Shown piece by piece: positions 30,601 to 45,192 of a stretch of 64,000 nucleotides of DNA; positions within the stretch are counted from its first letter, which is position 1, and every line of letters begins with the position of its first letter. The DNA is from Chrysomallon squamiferum (taxonomy: Eukaryota; Animalia; Mollusca): the NCBI GenBank assembly GCA_012295275.1, contig CM022672.1, positions 1,550,001 through 1,614,000 of the forward strand, read 5' to 3'. Position numbers and translations under genes: made by a program. Below the pieces are notes generated by a model. It searched no databases, had not been told where the DNA came from, and saw only the letters and a list, made by a program, of their open reading frames with translations.

Positions 30601-32401
30601 TTAAATTTCTGTTAAAAGTATTTTCCAAGACAATAATAAACAAATTAATCTCTAAACCATTTTCCACTCTGTATTGTTTACTAAAGTAGCAAATGATAAA
30701 ACATTTTATCACCAAAAATTCCCAAAAACATTTGGTGATATTTACACTGCCTGATGAGTAACCTCTTTACTGTAATCTTCCTTTTTTTGTTTTATCTATA
30801 TACTGAGAAAAAATATATTTGTTTAAGAAAACATCTGGGAATTCTTATAAACAGCCAAAAATGATTTTTTGAGATAAATTGATAATGTGTGTTTGATGTT
30901 TTTGTGTTTTTATTTTTCTTAATCACTTTTTATTTTATTTTTTTTTTTTTTTTTTTTTTTATCTTATGTATTTATTATCTCTTGAGTTTTGATGGCCTTT
31001 TATTTTAAATATTTGGTTTTGATGGTTTTTATATTAGTAAGAGTATTCACTAAAGAATATTTAGTGGTAGGGGTGAAAAAGCAATAATCAAGTATTTAAA
31101 AATATGTATTTTAAAAAACATATAGGTTTGTTCATGAGTAAGTACCTTTAAGTTTATAGTGTGGATTTTTTTTTTATTTTTTTTTAGATACATTATTCAC
31201 AAGGTTTTTTTATTTTAATGAAGCAATTGCCAATGCTTATCAAGACCATTTGAAATCCTGCTGTATAAATTACTTCATTACCTCTACCAAAGTGACAATC
31301 TACACATACCACATGCCTGAAAATTTTAACTGTACACATCCATAAAGATGTTACCAGGCCAGGGAAATGTCCTATTTAACTAGACAGAACTGGCCAGGGA
31401 CCACTAGGTGGGGGTGGGGGATATTGTCAGCAATGTTGCACAAAGACTTAAACAGTATGTGGTGTAGACCTACAGCTAGGTAATTCAGTAAATGTCAAAT
31501 GAAAATGTTTCTCTGTGTTAAGCTCAGCCTGTATGTTGATCTTGCTGTTTTTCTTTTCAGCAAGTTTAAGAGATGTGTTTGTATTGTTGTCAGTGACAGT
31601 TTTAATGAGAACTGTCATTTTCCTCTTTTAATTTTGTACTCGACTGCAAGTTTTTATAGTATTTGAGGGTGTATCTATATGTGCAAGTGTATGTTAATTT
31701 ATATGTGTATCTGAATGAATGTATGTATGTGTATTTTGTAAACTGCTACCTGTAATATATCTATATTAATGGTGAATAAATGTGTATATGTATATGTATA
31801 TATGTATATGAATATAAGAATGTGTCTGTCTGTCTGTATGTGTTAATATTAATCTATTAAGAGTGACATTGTAAAACTCATATGATGTCACGCACTGGAG
31901 TATTTTAATAATTATTTTGTGCATGACATCTTTGTGCATATGGGATCTAGAGATTCATTATTTTTGCTGCTGGTATATTTAAATATGGGAAAAAAAAAAG
32001 AAAGAAAGAAAGAAGTACTTACAATTTTTCTAGCATAGATAATTCCATAAAGGATCCTTCTTTGAGTACAGTGAGTGCATTTCTTTTTAGGTCTCTGAAA
32101 ATAAGTGAATGTAATGAAACAAATCTGGTAAAACATAAAACACTTATTACACATGCATTAATGACTGAAGAAAAGAAAAATCATATTCAAATGTTATTTA
32201 TAACAGATCTGAAAGTCTGAAATGCAGAAAAAGAAAATTGTGTCATCAAAATACTAATACTACTACAACTGTCACTATTACTACTATCACTGTTACTATT
32301 ACTACTGTCACTATTACTACTATCACTGTTACTATTACTACTGTCACTATTACTACTATCACTGTTACTACTATCACTACAACTAACAATAATATTAATA
32401 A

Positions 32402-32535
32402 TTTTCAAACAAATGTAAAGTTTTTATTCTTTTAATAAAAAATTACATATAGAAAATAATTAGAACTTTTGTTTTCAAACAAATGTAAAGTTTTTATTCT
32501 TTTAATAAAAAATAATTAGAACTTTTGTTTTCAAA
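32402..32535. repeat. Local tandem duplication
   Basis: ttttcaaacaaatgtaaagtttttattcttttaataaaaa...aataattagaactttttg occurs twice. Confidence 0.85.
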
Positions 32536-34688
32536 ATGCTACTACTATGGCTATTGCTATTACTACTAATAATAACAATAATATAACAACAATAGTTATA
32601 ATAAAAAAAAATTGTAAAAAAGGTTCACAGAAATTTAGTTTTGTTCTTTTAATTTAAAGAAATTTGGTACAATACTAAAAATATATTTTGCAGTATCATA
32701 TTTAATTTATAATTAATGCACTAAAATTTAGGATTTAAAATTTATAAAAAAAATTGAACAATGTAATTATATATATTTTTATACATATACAGTGATAGAG
32801 AAATATAATGTAATACCTTTTTGGGGAATATATATATTTTTTTTTTCCTTGTTCATTATTTATTTACATCTTTGTAAATAAATAAATGTTTAAAATCTTG
32901 AACAAATTATCTTTTTTTCTTGTTTTAATACATTACATTAAAAAAAATGCCTTCATTCATAAAAATAATAACAATAATCAAAAACATACTTTAGAAATAC
33001 CAACCAACCATAAATAAATAAATAAATTTACCACAAGGCACAATATTATTCATCTCATGGGAAACATAAAAATGCCAATTTTTTATCTTTTTTATATTTG
33101 ACCTTTTTATGAATAACCTGACACTTTGATTACCTGTAATTACATAATGCAAAGAACTGATTATTTGCAATGATTGATTTCCCTTGATTGGTCAAGCTTA
33201 GCCAAATTAACTGACCATAGTGTTGTGGTCATTTGTCTAACAATAACATTAACACAATAATAGCATGTATAATAGATTAAGCCTTGTTTAGGATCACTAT
33301 CCGTTTTTATTTCTTCCTTTTTTTTCTCTTTTTTTAAACTTTATATATCTTTCTTTCTTTTGTCTACTTAACTTTTATTTATTTGACATTAGTTCAGTGC
33401 ACAGCCAAGCATAATAAACATGAAATTTGTATAATACTTTTTGTTAAGAGTTATGTGCAGGATGGGTAAATTGAGATGGCTTTAAATGTTTAGTTGTCAT
33501 TGTTTTTTTTTAAGTTATTTTTATAATAACATTTTATTAGAATCTTTAAACTTCTTTATTTCTTTATTATGATATATACATATTTTTTGGGGTGGGGGGA
33601 GGAGTTTGTTTCATTTAGTAATATATTAATCGGGTTTTTTTTTTTATATATATCTATATATACAGCTCTTACCTTCAGTGTATATTTCATCATGGCTACA
33701 TTAGATCTTTTAAATTCATTTGTGTCTTTGTTTATTAAATTTAATTCAATAGTTTCCATTGGAATTTACTGTTTTTATTTTTTATCATTATTATATTCTT
33801 TTTTTTTCTTTTTTTTAAAGACTGTTTTAAATGCCATTGAAAAATTTCAGATAATCTAGTTGCATATCAGTTATATGCTTTGATTATTATGTATAAATTA
33901 TACTATTAAAATTAGCTTCAAACTATTTTTTTATACCAAATTTAAAAAAAAAAAAATATTATCAGTATATTTATTTCTCACTCACTCACACTATATGATT
34001 ATTTTTATTTTATTTTATTTTATTTTATATTTTTATTGCTATAGTTAATATTTTAAACTTTGGATTTTTATTATTAGTTAGTGATAAAGGTATCTAAGTT
34101 CAAATAACTTGTTTGAAAATTGATACATGCAACACCTTACATATATTGTCATTGTGAGTCATACAATTTTTTTTTTTTCAATGACAGTTTATTGAGTAAC
34201 TGAAATTATATTACAACATATGTACTTGGTAAACTTGTAAGAATATATTAACGATCTATATTGTACTAGAATAAATGCTTTTTAATCAAAATAATTTAGT
34301 TGTATTTATACAATGCAAGTAATAAAAAGTATGCATTCATGTATATGTGTTTGTTTTAATTTCAGTGGTCAGTATAGATATCTGAATGCTAAACAATTTT
34401 ATCAGTATTGTTTTTATTATCATTATTATTTTTCAGTATTTATTCCATTATTATTAACATTTTATTTCATAGTCTTAAAAGATAAATTATTATTTGGTTT
34501 TATTATTTTTCATTATTTCATTTTATCTTTATTTTTATTTTATTTTTTTTCATATTTAGCGTAAAAATTAAACTAATGTAAATTAACTCCATTTCATTCT
34601 CAAGTGATTAAAACAATTCCAGTATACAACTGAATATTGTTTATATATGTATGTAAATTCACACCTTGAACTGATATAAGATACTTAC

Positions 34689-34894
34689 AAATGTACTGTA
34701 TCCAAAGGGAGATGCATTTGCGATAAAGACGTGTAAGGCAGTGGATGTTTGGAGCAGTCGACTTTTCTAACTTTTTTGTCTTTCTTGCCCACCATAGTAC
34801 ACTGGCAACTGGGTACACACGCCTCCCCGAGCCACAGAACATCCACACACATCAGCGCTGTCAGAAACAACACAAATTTACAACCAATTTCCAT
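34689..34894 (-). CDS. First coding exon of a secreted or membrane leucine-rich-repeat protein (signal peptide + LRRNT cap); most similar in style to adhesion GPCR subfamily A (ADGRA2/3, GPR124/125)
   Basis: Strong Kozak ttcgccATGG; hydrophobic signal peptide MEIGCKFVLFLTALMCVDVLWLGEA; C-x3-C-x-C...V-D-C...LP-x-DTVHL cap; perfect phase-2 donor TT|GTAAGT at 34688, the usual intron position before the first LRR. The ADGRA assignment is from recalled similarity only. Confidence 0.8.
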
Positions 34895-35570
34895 GGCGAA
34901 GTTGAAAACAAGTTCAATTACTTTGACCTAAAGAGTATTCCAGTTTGGAGTCAAAAAAACATCGCGGTTTAGCACTTCTGCCCATTTTGATACCACTGTT
35001 ATCTGCTTCTGTATGAGGCGAACGATAAGTCGATACGATAATCCACGTTTTCATTGTCAAGAAAGAAGACAAAGGTGTGTTTGTTGAGTCGCCTCAGTGC
35101 TGCAGTAAATCCAGAACGCCAACAACATCCTAAACACCATCAAATGCACGGCACACGTCACTCGCAAATGGTGGAAGCAATGGAACATATTCGTGCCATA
35201 GTGCAGAGATCGACAGAAACGAGCAAAGGCTGGAATCCCCCTTTACCACACAGTGCAATCTCTCTTAGCAAGAGGCCCCACCGCAAATCCAGCTATCAAC
35301 GCCGCGGTGCAGACGAATAAAATATTTCAGAAAATAATGCCAATCAAGAGTGCACGAAAAACTTCACGAGCGAATCTGTATGTGAATATCCAAAGCATCG
35401 CCTCGTTGTTTAAACGCACAGATGTTCGATTTTGGTATAATCCAAGATAAACGCACGACAAGCGAGCCAACGATCGCTTCCTCCTCTCGAATGAGCCATC
35501 TTGATTTCCCGTGACCTCGTGACGTCAACGGGTCACAGCCGTGAGACTGTACTCTGATTGGACCATGCCT
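34895..35570 (-). promoter_or_regulatory. CpG-rich promoter / 5' UTR of the LRR gene with YY1-like, CRE and CCAAT motifs
   Basis: CAAGATGGC on minus strand (35495-35503), TGACGTCA (35520-35527), CCAAT on minus strand (35557-35561); abrupt rise in CpG density. Confidence 0.6.
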
Positions 35571-36189
35571 TGAATGGTAAACAATGCCTATGGGATAAAG
35601 CCGGTTTACTGAATGTCCATTGATCGGAGTGACCGAAAAAGGTTTATTGTATTTTATCTTTGAAGATGAGTTCAAATATTTTAAATGTGTCAGAATCTAA
35701 GATTCCTATTTTAAAAGATGTTTTACTAAATAACCTTTCATGGGTAAACATATGTATGCAGCAGAACATCCAAACTAGTTAAATAATTCATAGAGTCAGT
35801 CCCGGTAAATACAAATGCAAATTTAAAACTTCAATACGTGCAACCTAACGAAGGCCTCTGTGAAAGTTCATTGATTGCGAACCGAGTTTTGACATCCTCT
35901 TCACACATACGTGTTTACCTCCGATCTTACTTAACCATATAAGCTCAACAATTGTTTAACGCTTTATAAATAAGCCGTTGAATAAACAAAACAATGCAGT
36001 TAGCCTGACAATGGTAGGAAGCTCACTTTTATTACCCTGTGTCTGTCTGTGTCAGAATATACGTTGACGATAGTGTTAATACCATTTGACGCTAACCCCT
36101 TTTATGTGTGAATATCGTTTGGCATTAAACGTCCTATTAATGTAGTTGTCTTGTTTTGTATTTAACGTGTCATAACTGTATTAAAATAC

Positions 36190-36775
36190 AGGGTGTTGGC
36201 TAGTAGCTACATACGTTATTTACTATGACCCTCTACTTATATTAGCTCTCAACACAATAACTACTACTGCTGCTATTACTATTACTACTCTATTAATTAA
36301 TAATAAGACGTTAGGTTTAAGAATAATTAGTAGTCACTGCAGAATCAGTTATACAAACATTATTTACTACGTAATTCCATTAGTATTCGTTCTATCAACA
36401 TATATACACGCACACATACTTTCACTAATAATGTGTGTTTATGTAAGAAGTAATTAGTAGTCAGTGAAGAAGTATTTTCACGCTACAATTACTACATTCT
36501 TTATTTACTACGTACTTCCATTAGAACACTCCCAATAAACTAATGCGCGCGCACGCACACACACACGCATTCTATCATAATTAATCATAATTGTGTATGT
36601 GTTAAGAAATAATTAGTAGTCAAGGTAGAAGTGTTTTCAAGTAGTAGTTCTGCATACGTAATTTACTGCTTACTTCCACTAGTATTGGTTCTCTCAACAC
36701 ACACACACACACACATACACATCATCAATAATAATAATAATAATAGTGATATGTATATTAAGAAATAATTAGAAA
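36190..36775. repeat. Degenerate 125-160 bp tandem repeat with embedded (CA)n, ~4 units
   Basis: aagaa(a/g)taattagtagtca...atttactacgta.ttcca.tag recurs at ~36319, 36445 and 36604, with a partial unit at ~36759. Confidence 0.75.
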
Positions 36776-37329
36776 ATGTTTCAAGCAACGCGAAGATGTT
36801 CGGAAAAACAAATGGCTTTATTCTTTGTTAATTAAACAGGTTTGTTTAATGGAAATTTGAACACGAGCGAATAGGTCTTGCCACCCACTTACAATCAAAT
36901 TACTTGTGACAGCCAATTATACTTAATGAATGGAAGTTAATTAAAAGCACCTCAACTCATTTAACATTAATGGTTTTTCAGTATCAAACATATGGTTCTT
37001 TGTTTAATGATAACAGAGAGGAAACGTGCTAAGGGTACCAGAAAAGAAATCTTTATTGATTATCAGTGTATTTTTTTTTTTTTTTTTTTTTTTTTCTTAT
37101 TCATGCACTTTGTCAAATGTGGGGAAGCACGTACGACCTTTGATGAACCAGTAGTAAACAAAAATGTGGATTAGTGGTGGAAGAGAAAGCAAACATACAT
37201 TCTCTTGCTTCCTGCATTCAAGACGAATGGATTTTTTACCTCTCCCGTTAAACCCTAAACAATAGTTTTAAATTCACACCGAATATCTATTCGGGACGAA
37301 TTCAATTAATTAATCGAAAAATGGCAATG

Positions 37330-37361
<32 letters not shown>

Positions 37362-39017
37362 TGTTTTTTTTTCGTTTAATATTTTTTAAATATATTATTT
37401 TATTCTTATTTTTCAATTTTAATTAAATTTTTTTTTATTACTTTTTGTTCTTCTTTGTTTACACATTTTATAATTACAACTCATCTACCTATTTTTCTGT
37501 TTTTCTACGTTTTAAAATGCTTTCCACGTTTTGTAAATCCCAGTAATTCAATATTTTAATTGTTATTTACTGGAGGAGAATATTTTATCAACGTTCGTTG
37601 TATTAATTTACATAAGCCTACCGAGTGAATCTGCTTGAAAAAGCCGGTATTTCTTGTTTTTTTTCGTTTTTTTTTTTTTTTTTTTTTCCTTCTTTCCCTG
37701 CCACCGAAATCATAAAAACAAACCCATATATAAAACAAATTAATAAAATACTGATAGAATTACCATAGGTAGGTAAATAAATAAATAAATAAATAAAATT
37801 ATTAAATTGACAAAAAGAAAAAGATGGTGCATTCGCTTCGGTTTTAGTTCTAAAATGTTTTATTAATCAAATAAAACACATTTATTCAGTCAAGTATGTT
37901 GTTTCTCTGAAATGCTGAGAACCTATAAGTATCGAACTCACAACCTACAAGGATAGTAGAGGCAATTCAAACTTTCATGCTGTAGATGTATGCACAGGAG
38001 ACCGTTTCACACTCATCTCGAATGGAAACGTTTATCAGTGCAGTTTTATATAAAAACAAACCGAAAGACAACATTCACCTGTTTTACCAGTCAAACCGCG
38101 AGATGTAGCTGGGACGAACCCAGTGTCCAACCTCAAGCGGGAAATGACCAGAAAAACAACAAAGTGTCAGTTCGATTTTTGGTTTCTCCGAAACAGACGA
38201 AAACAACCGCGTTGTACCCACGTTTTTGTACTGTGTCATCCTTCCTCATCCGCATGAAACATGGGCGAGAAAACAAGCAGATAGTTCAATGAGGAAGGGT
38301 AAAATCGGTCAGGGTTAGAAGCGGGAAAAACAGACACGTCTTTCCCTAACATGGTTGAAATGTCTGCCGCTTTAAGTGACGTCAGAATTATAATCCAATC
38401 AAAATGCAGGACAAGTTATATATTCTATATATCAGCTACATTTTATAAATATACGTTATTATTTTATTTTATTTTTTTTTTATATTTTTTTTATATATTA
38501 TTTTTATTATTATTATTATTATTTTTATTTTAATTTTTTTTATTTAAAATTTCCAGAATAATCCTTGTACTTAAACTCTTTTTTTTTCTTTTTTAGAATA
38601 TATTTTGTAATTCAAGGTATTGTTGATATATCGCACTTTTTATTTCTTCTTCTTTTTCTTTTTCTTCTTCTTTTCTTTTCTTCTTCTTCTTCTTCTTCTT
38701 CTTATTATTATTACGCAAACAGTACATTTCCATTTTATTCCACCCTGTAGAGCGTTTTATTGTTCAATAAAACCGGCGATGGGCGGATGTCAAATTAAGT
38801 GTTAAATAAAGTTGGTGACAGGTCTGTCAGTGTGTGCAGTCCTTTTTATGGCAGCACGTTTTAACATTTACTGCTAAAAGGTTGAAGATGATTACAATTA
38901 CAGATGTACAGCAATGTACACGGTCACCCGATAATCTAGACAGATGCAAATACGTGATACAACATGTTATCACTCAAATAAATTTAAAAATAAAAAATGC
39001 ATATATGTGTATTATAA

Positions 39018-39111
<94 letters not shown>

Positions 39112-39799
39112 AAAAGACTATTAAAAGTAACTACAACAACCAAAAAATAAAGGTGCCAAAATAAAGTAATAAAATTTTTAAAAAATAAGATGAAAGAAAG
39201 AAATGAAGAAAAAAGGAAAAAAAGAATGAAAGAAAAAAATATAACAAACACCATTACCGACAGAATGCGATTTACGTTTTTATTTTAATTAAGATTGACA
39301 GAGTTACGGCCCCTTCTTTCAGAAACTTCCATCTCGGATTTTAATTAATTTAAAAAAAAAAAAATAATAATAATAATACTACTAGTAATAATAATGCGAA
39401 ACATATCATTTATATTTATTCATTCAAAAAATTACTTTTATCATCATTATTTGCGTTTGTTTCCCTTAATCGAAACTGTATGTTTTGGTTGTAGTAATAA
39501 TAGTAGTCGTCGTTATTAATATTTGTATATGTATGTGTGTATATGTATGTATGTATGTATGCATGTATGTATGTATGTTTGTATGTATGTATGTTTGTAT
39601 GTATGTTTGTATGTATGTTTGTATGTATGTATGTATGTTTGTATGTATGTATGTATGTATGTGTGTGTGTGTGTATATTTATATATGTATGTATGTTTGT
39701 ATATATATATATATATATATACACATACATATACATATAAATGATATATATTTATATATTAATTTTATTTATTTATATTTTTTTATTATTATTTTATTT

Positions 39800-39839
<40 letters not shown>

Positions 39840-40777
39840 TTATTTATTTATTTATTTATTTTAATTCAATCATTACATTACTGTGGCACTAATTTTGTTG
39901 AAAAATAGCGAATAACTTTTTTCCAACACGCAGATCCGTGAGCTGAGATAGCAAGTGGACAACCAGTACAAGCGAACCGTGGACGTAAAACCAGCATTCT
40001 AACCATTACGCCGTAGTCACGCGAACGATGCCAGTTGTAATGAGAATTTATCTCCCTTTTTATACTCTGACATTTTTTGCGCAACTCAGTCTTTATACGT
40101 CATGGATATTAGTCTGATATTTTCTGTGTTTATTACTGATAATTTCGATTTACAGTAGAACTGCCGCATTGTTTACGACTCTCTATAGTATTAACTGACT
40201 TTCAGACATATTTGACTTATTATCTTCCGAACATCCTCAAAAACTACTAATTTTATTACCCATATTTCATTATTAGAAAAGATCAGCTGCAAAATAAAAA
40301 TCTTTAGAATCGTCTATATATAATATATACAACAAATATTTACTCCATTAGTACTTAACATCCAGCAAAGGTTCACTTTATTACTGTTATTGCGCTTTTT
40401 GTTTTGAACGTATTGAAACAAGTCAGTGATTGTTTACAACTCTCTACAGTATTAATTAACAGTCTGCCGAACATTGTACAAATTTTATTACCATCCTTTA
40501 TTATTAGAAAATATTGTGTGTATATATATATATATATGTTTGTGTATGCGTGTGTATGTAATTCTTTATACGATGTCGTTATTCAAAATGTAAAGTAATG
40601 AAAACTGTCAGTAATAATAATTATGTTTGTCATAAAAATAAATTTAATGTGGCGCATATTTCTTGGAAAACTGAATTATTATCATCATTATAATATTATT
40701 ATCATTGTAGTTGTTGTTGTTATTGTTATTGCTATTATCATTATCGTTATCATCATCATCATCATCAATATTATTAT

Positions 40778-40794
40778 TAATTAATTAATTAATT

Positions 40795-40847
<53 letters not shown>

Positions 40848-40970
40848 TGCACTTATTTATTTTATTTTTATTTTTATTTTTATTTTTATTTTTATTTTTA
40901 TTTTTATTTTTATTTTTATTTTTATTTTTATTTTTATTTTTATTTTTATTTTTATTTTTATTTTTATTTT
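40778..40970. repeat. Compound (TAAT)n(TTTA)n(TTTTTA)n microsatellite
   Basis: Directly visible. Confidence 0.95.
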
Positions 40971-42129
40971 GAAGAAGTAAGACTGGCAGTCACTTTACAC
41001 TACTGTCTTCTCGGAGTCTCGCACATCATACAAATACCTGTAACTCTGTTGTTGTTGTTGTTGTTGTACTTGTTTTTTAATTTTAATTTTTTTTTTTTTA
41101 TTATTATTATTATTTTTTTTTTTTTGATTCATTATTATTATTATTTTTTTTTTAATTTTTAATTATTTTTTATAGATTAATGCCCATGATATCTTTCAAA
41201 TTAAGTCATGCATAAGTTTAGAGTCTACATACAGCGGCGCCACCAGAATAATCTCTTTTTCAAAATAAAATAATGTACTCCTTTTGTAAGCACCCAGTAT
41301 TAATAACATTTAAAGAATATAAAATTTCATGGCTTTGGAAAAAAACACAAAAGCTAAATAAAAATGTGAAGCGATACAGAGAACAAAAAAATTAAATAAA
41401 GTAGAGGGAGGGGTTTTAAATTTTTTTTTTTTTTTTTTTTTTAATAATTGTTCACTGATTCTGTTCTTTTTGCTTGCAAGAGCTAATATCGGATCCAACC
41501 AGTTTTGAACATTCTGTGATAAAACATCAAAACATTATTCTAAGTACTATGTGTATATTCGCTAGTTTAGATACACTCAGTGTACATTCGGATTGAAAAT
41601 AGTGTGAAAAGAAAGATGATTAAAAGAAAAAAAGAAAAAAATGCCCTGTCGAAGGATACTTCTCTTTGCTTGTTCATTTCATAACACTTAACATGCTTTT
41701 ACGTTATCTTTTGTTTGGGTTTTATTTTCCTTCTCTCTCAGAGCCTTTTTCTCTTTTTTTTTTTTTTTTTTCAGACTATGATACAGAAACAGTGATAACC
41801 GGTTATCTCTCTATAAAAGCAAACCTCTTTATCAGGTTAGAATTTCTGTACTTTGATGCAAGTTAAAGTTTTAATCTGATAACAGTCAGCGTTATTTGCT
41901 CGGTACTATGCAAACAAATGTGTATATTACAAATTACCTTTTAGAAACAATACTGACGACTTTGTTATTTTTCAATTACCTAAGATTATGAGGAAGATTG
42001 TCAGTGCTATAACAATATTTACCTATCGGTGATTCACCTGCAGAAAGCAACGGTTAAACCACCTCGGACAAACAAGGTTGTTCACCCAGTAAAGTTCACG
42101 TAAATACATTTGTTAAGTATATATATACA

Positions 42130-42137
42130 TGTGTGTG

Positions 42138-42217
<80 letters not shown>

Positions 42218-42268
42218 CGTGTGTGTGTGTGTGTGTGGGTGGATGTGTGTTTGTGTGTGTGTGTGTGT

Positions 42269-42337
<69 letters not shown>

Positions 42338-42365
42338 TGTGGGTGTGTGTGTGTGTGGGTGGGTG
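42130..42365. repeat. Long (GT)n microsatellite
   Basis: Directly visible; many others occur, e.g. 378-415, 1516-1716, 43186-43286, 52013-52180, 53270-53381, 58664-58818, 59862-59971. Confidence 0.97.
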
Positions 42366-43180
42366 TTTGTTACATCAAAAACAAAACAACTCATTTGAAC
42401 AAAACGCTAAATAAGCTCTTTGTAAATCACAGGGTTAAAATCAGTCGGACATAATAACGGAGACCTCGAAAATCAAGCTATAACCGACGATAATGGAAAA
42501 TACAAAGAAACAACAGATAGTTTACGGAGATGAAGAACATCCACTTTACTTAGTCTGTCTTCTCAGTCCAGGTAAAAACTAGATATATATATATATATAT
42601 GTATAATTCTTATCGTGTTTCTTAAGTATCAGATATTATAACGAACTCGTATAATAATATTTATATTTTGATTCAGAAACAGTAGTGTAAATAGTTTCGG
42701 CATTTGTGTACGATCATGGAGAAACTGAAAAAACATCATCATAATTATGATTCGTAATTTTTAATCAAACCCATTATACTGTAAATAAGCAAACATTTAA
42801 ATAAATGAATAAATAAATAAATATAATGCCAATGAAGGCAGTATTTAGTGTTAATCGACTTCTAGTAAATCGAGATTAAATAAAACAAAAATATATTAAA
42901 AAATTCCTGACATCAAAAGACAATGTAATGTGACTGATGGTTCAAAATAAAACGAGGCGAAAAGCGCTGATCAGACAATGTGCCAGACTTGACGCACAAA
43001 GCTGATGCATAAACTTTTGTATCTTGCCTCTGGAAATACAATAAGATGTTTAATATATAATATGTATATTAATGTATGCCCTGTCATGTATGTGACACAT
43101 AATATTAATCATGAGATATCTATTTGTACTTTTATTTCTCTTTTTGTTTTGAATGTATTGAAATACGCCAGTGATTATTT

Positions 43181-43292
<112 letters not shown>

Positions 43293-44356
43293 CTGTGTTA
43301 AATACAATCTTTTCTAACAGTGAAGTATGGGTAATAAAATTAGAAGATTTTAAGGATGTTCGGAAGATAATAAGTCAAATATGTCTGACAGTTAATTAAT
43401 ACTATAAAGAGTTGTAAACGATACTACAGTTCTCCTGTAAGTGGCGCGTTTCAGTAATAAACGCAGAAAACACGAGACAAATACGTCAACGTATAAACAA
43501 TGAGTTGCGTAAAAATATCAGAAGGAGATAAAATAGGAGATAAGTGTAAACGAATCTGAATTACAGTATTTACGTGTATCGATGTTTCACAAAGCAATGG
43601 TGTATGTAACGACACGATCTTACAGACAACCACAAACATACTCACATGTTTTAAGCTTTGAAAAACCTTAGACCGTACCCTTAAAAACAATATGGAGTTC
43701 TGTAAATGTATGTCAACTTTTAACAAATCAGACGACATAACTGTATAAAGTAGTAGTGGTGATGCTTTTAACAAAATCTATAGGTGATATATATGTATAT
43801 AATATATATATATATATATATAGATGTGTGTGTTTGTGGGTATGTGTGTATGTACATACATACACACATAGACACATACATATGTATAACATCATATATA
43901 TATAATGGTGTCTTTTTTGAAATATGTATATATATTTATTTAAAAATATGACATATAACGTTAAATAACATAACAAGGAGTCATGCAGAAGTGAATCTGT
44001 TCTCGTATAACCGATTTAAAAAGATTTAGGAAAATAAAATGAAGAAAATAGATAAGTACCTAAGGGCAAGCGATCATGCGAAAAGATCATGCAAGATATT
44101 ATATATAAATAAAAAACCCTAAGAGCTACACTATTAAAACCTGGTGTACAGATAAATCAACAAGCGTAAAATAAAGTTAGATATAGGATCAACCTGGCAG
44201 ATATCTTGACGAGGTAAAGGTTACAGTTCAAAATGGCCGCCTCTTAATTACTTATTATTTTGCCTGAGTCACATTTGGAAGGACACATTCACCCTAACAT
44301 ATTAACCCTAACATTACATCATGCCCATTTATTTTATTTTATTTTTTATTATTTTT

Positions 44357-44419
<63 letters not shown>

Positions 44420-44892
44420 TATTATTTCAATTTTATATATTAAATATTTATTAAATATGGTTACATATCAATAATTATTTTTTGAAATTATCGAAAACAG
44501 TAATTAATCCTTGTAATACTTACTGCAGTCACTGCGTTAATTAAACCGTAAAACATTTGACTGGGTTCAGTTTTACAGGTTACGACACCGTTGTAACCAA
44601 ACAGTATTAAAGGCAACGAAGAGTCGCATATATGTGTCTCAAATCCAGCGGTGCATTTCATATAACCTTAGCAGAAATTAAAAACTGTGCAAATGTCTGT
44701 TACATTTCACACAAAAAAATCCGAAGAAATAATTGTCACATATCTTTTACGATGACAATAAATGTTGTGAACGTAAGTCAACTTTCAAGAAATCTTATTA
44801 TACGAATGTTCGAACAACAAAGATCATATGACCTCGAAATCATAAAGGGTCATGGGAAAAAGTTTTTTTTTTTTTTTTTTTTTCTGAGTTAA

Positions 44893-45099
44893 ATGAATGC
44901 GTCAAATACCTTTGCTCTAGAGGAGAATACAACGAATGCTGGTCCCAGGCAGGCGTGCAGGCAAATGCAGAGAGTCACAATGGAGTCCATCAGAAATGAT
45001 GCGGAGGATTTGGATGTAAAAACCGAGAGAAAACGTCAGATAGTGTACGGCGTTGAAGAACATCCACACTATTTACTCTGGCCTGTGTTCGCACTGCAG
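44893..45099 (+). CDS. SLC23A: SLC23 gene A exon 1
   Basis: ...IVYGVEEHPHYLLWPVFALQ|gtaaaa; the start could instead be the ATG at 44965 or 44980. Confidence 0.8.
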
Positions 45100-45144
45100 G
45101 TAAAACTAATTCATTATCTCTTCGATTTCTGGTCTTCCGAAAAA

Positions 45145-45192
<48 letters not shown>

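Larger units (their letters stand above)
1..34688 (-). other. Probable large first intron (>34 kb) of the LRR gene
   Basis: Donor at 34688; no LRR-type exon recognised downstream in the window; strong CpG depletion consistent with a methylated gene body. Confidence 0.55.

Noticed and set aside
32187-32408. Minus-strand ORF with (SDSSN)n resembling phosphophoryn-like biomineral proteins
   Set aside because: Short translation of an (ACT)-derived simple repeat; no true ATG start, signal peptide or splice sites.
35054-35675. ORFs of 65-103 aa in the CpG-rich promoter region
   Set aside because: No recognisable domain; expected by chance in higher-GC promoter/UTR DNA.
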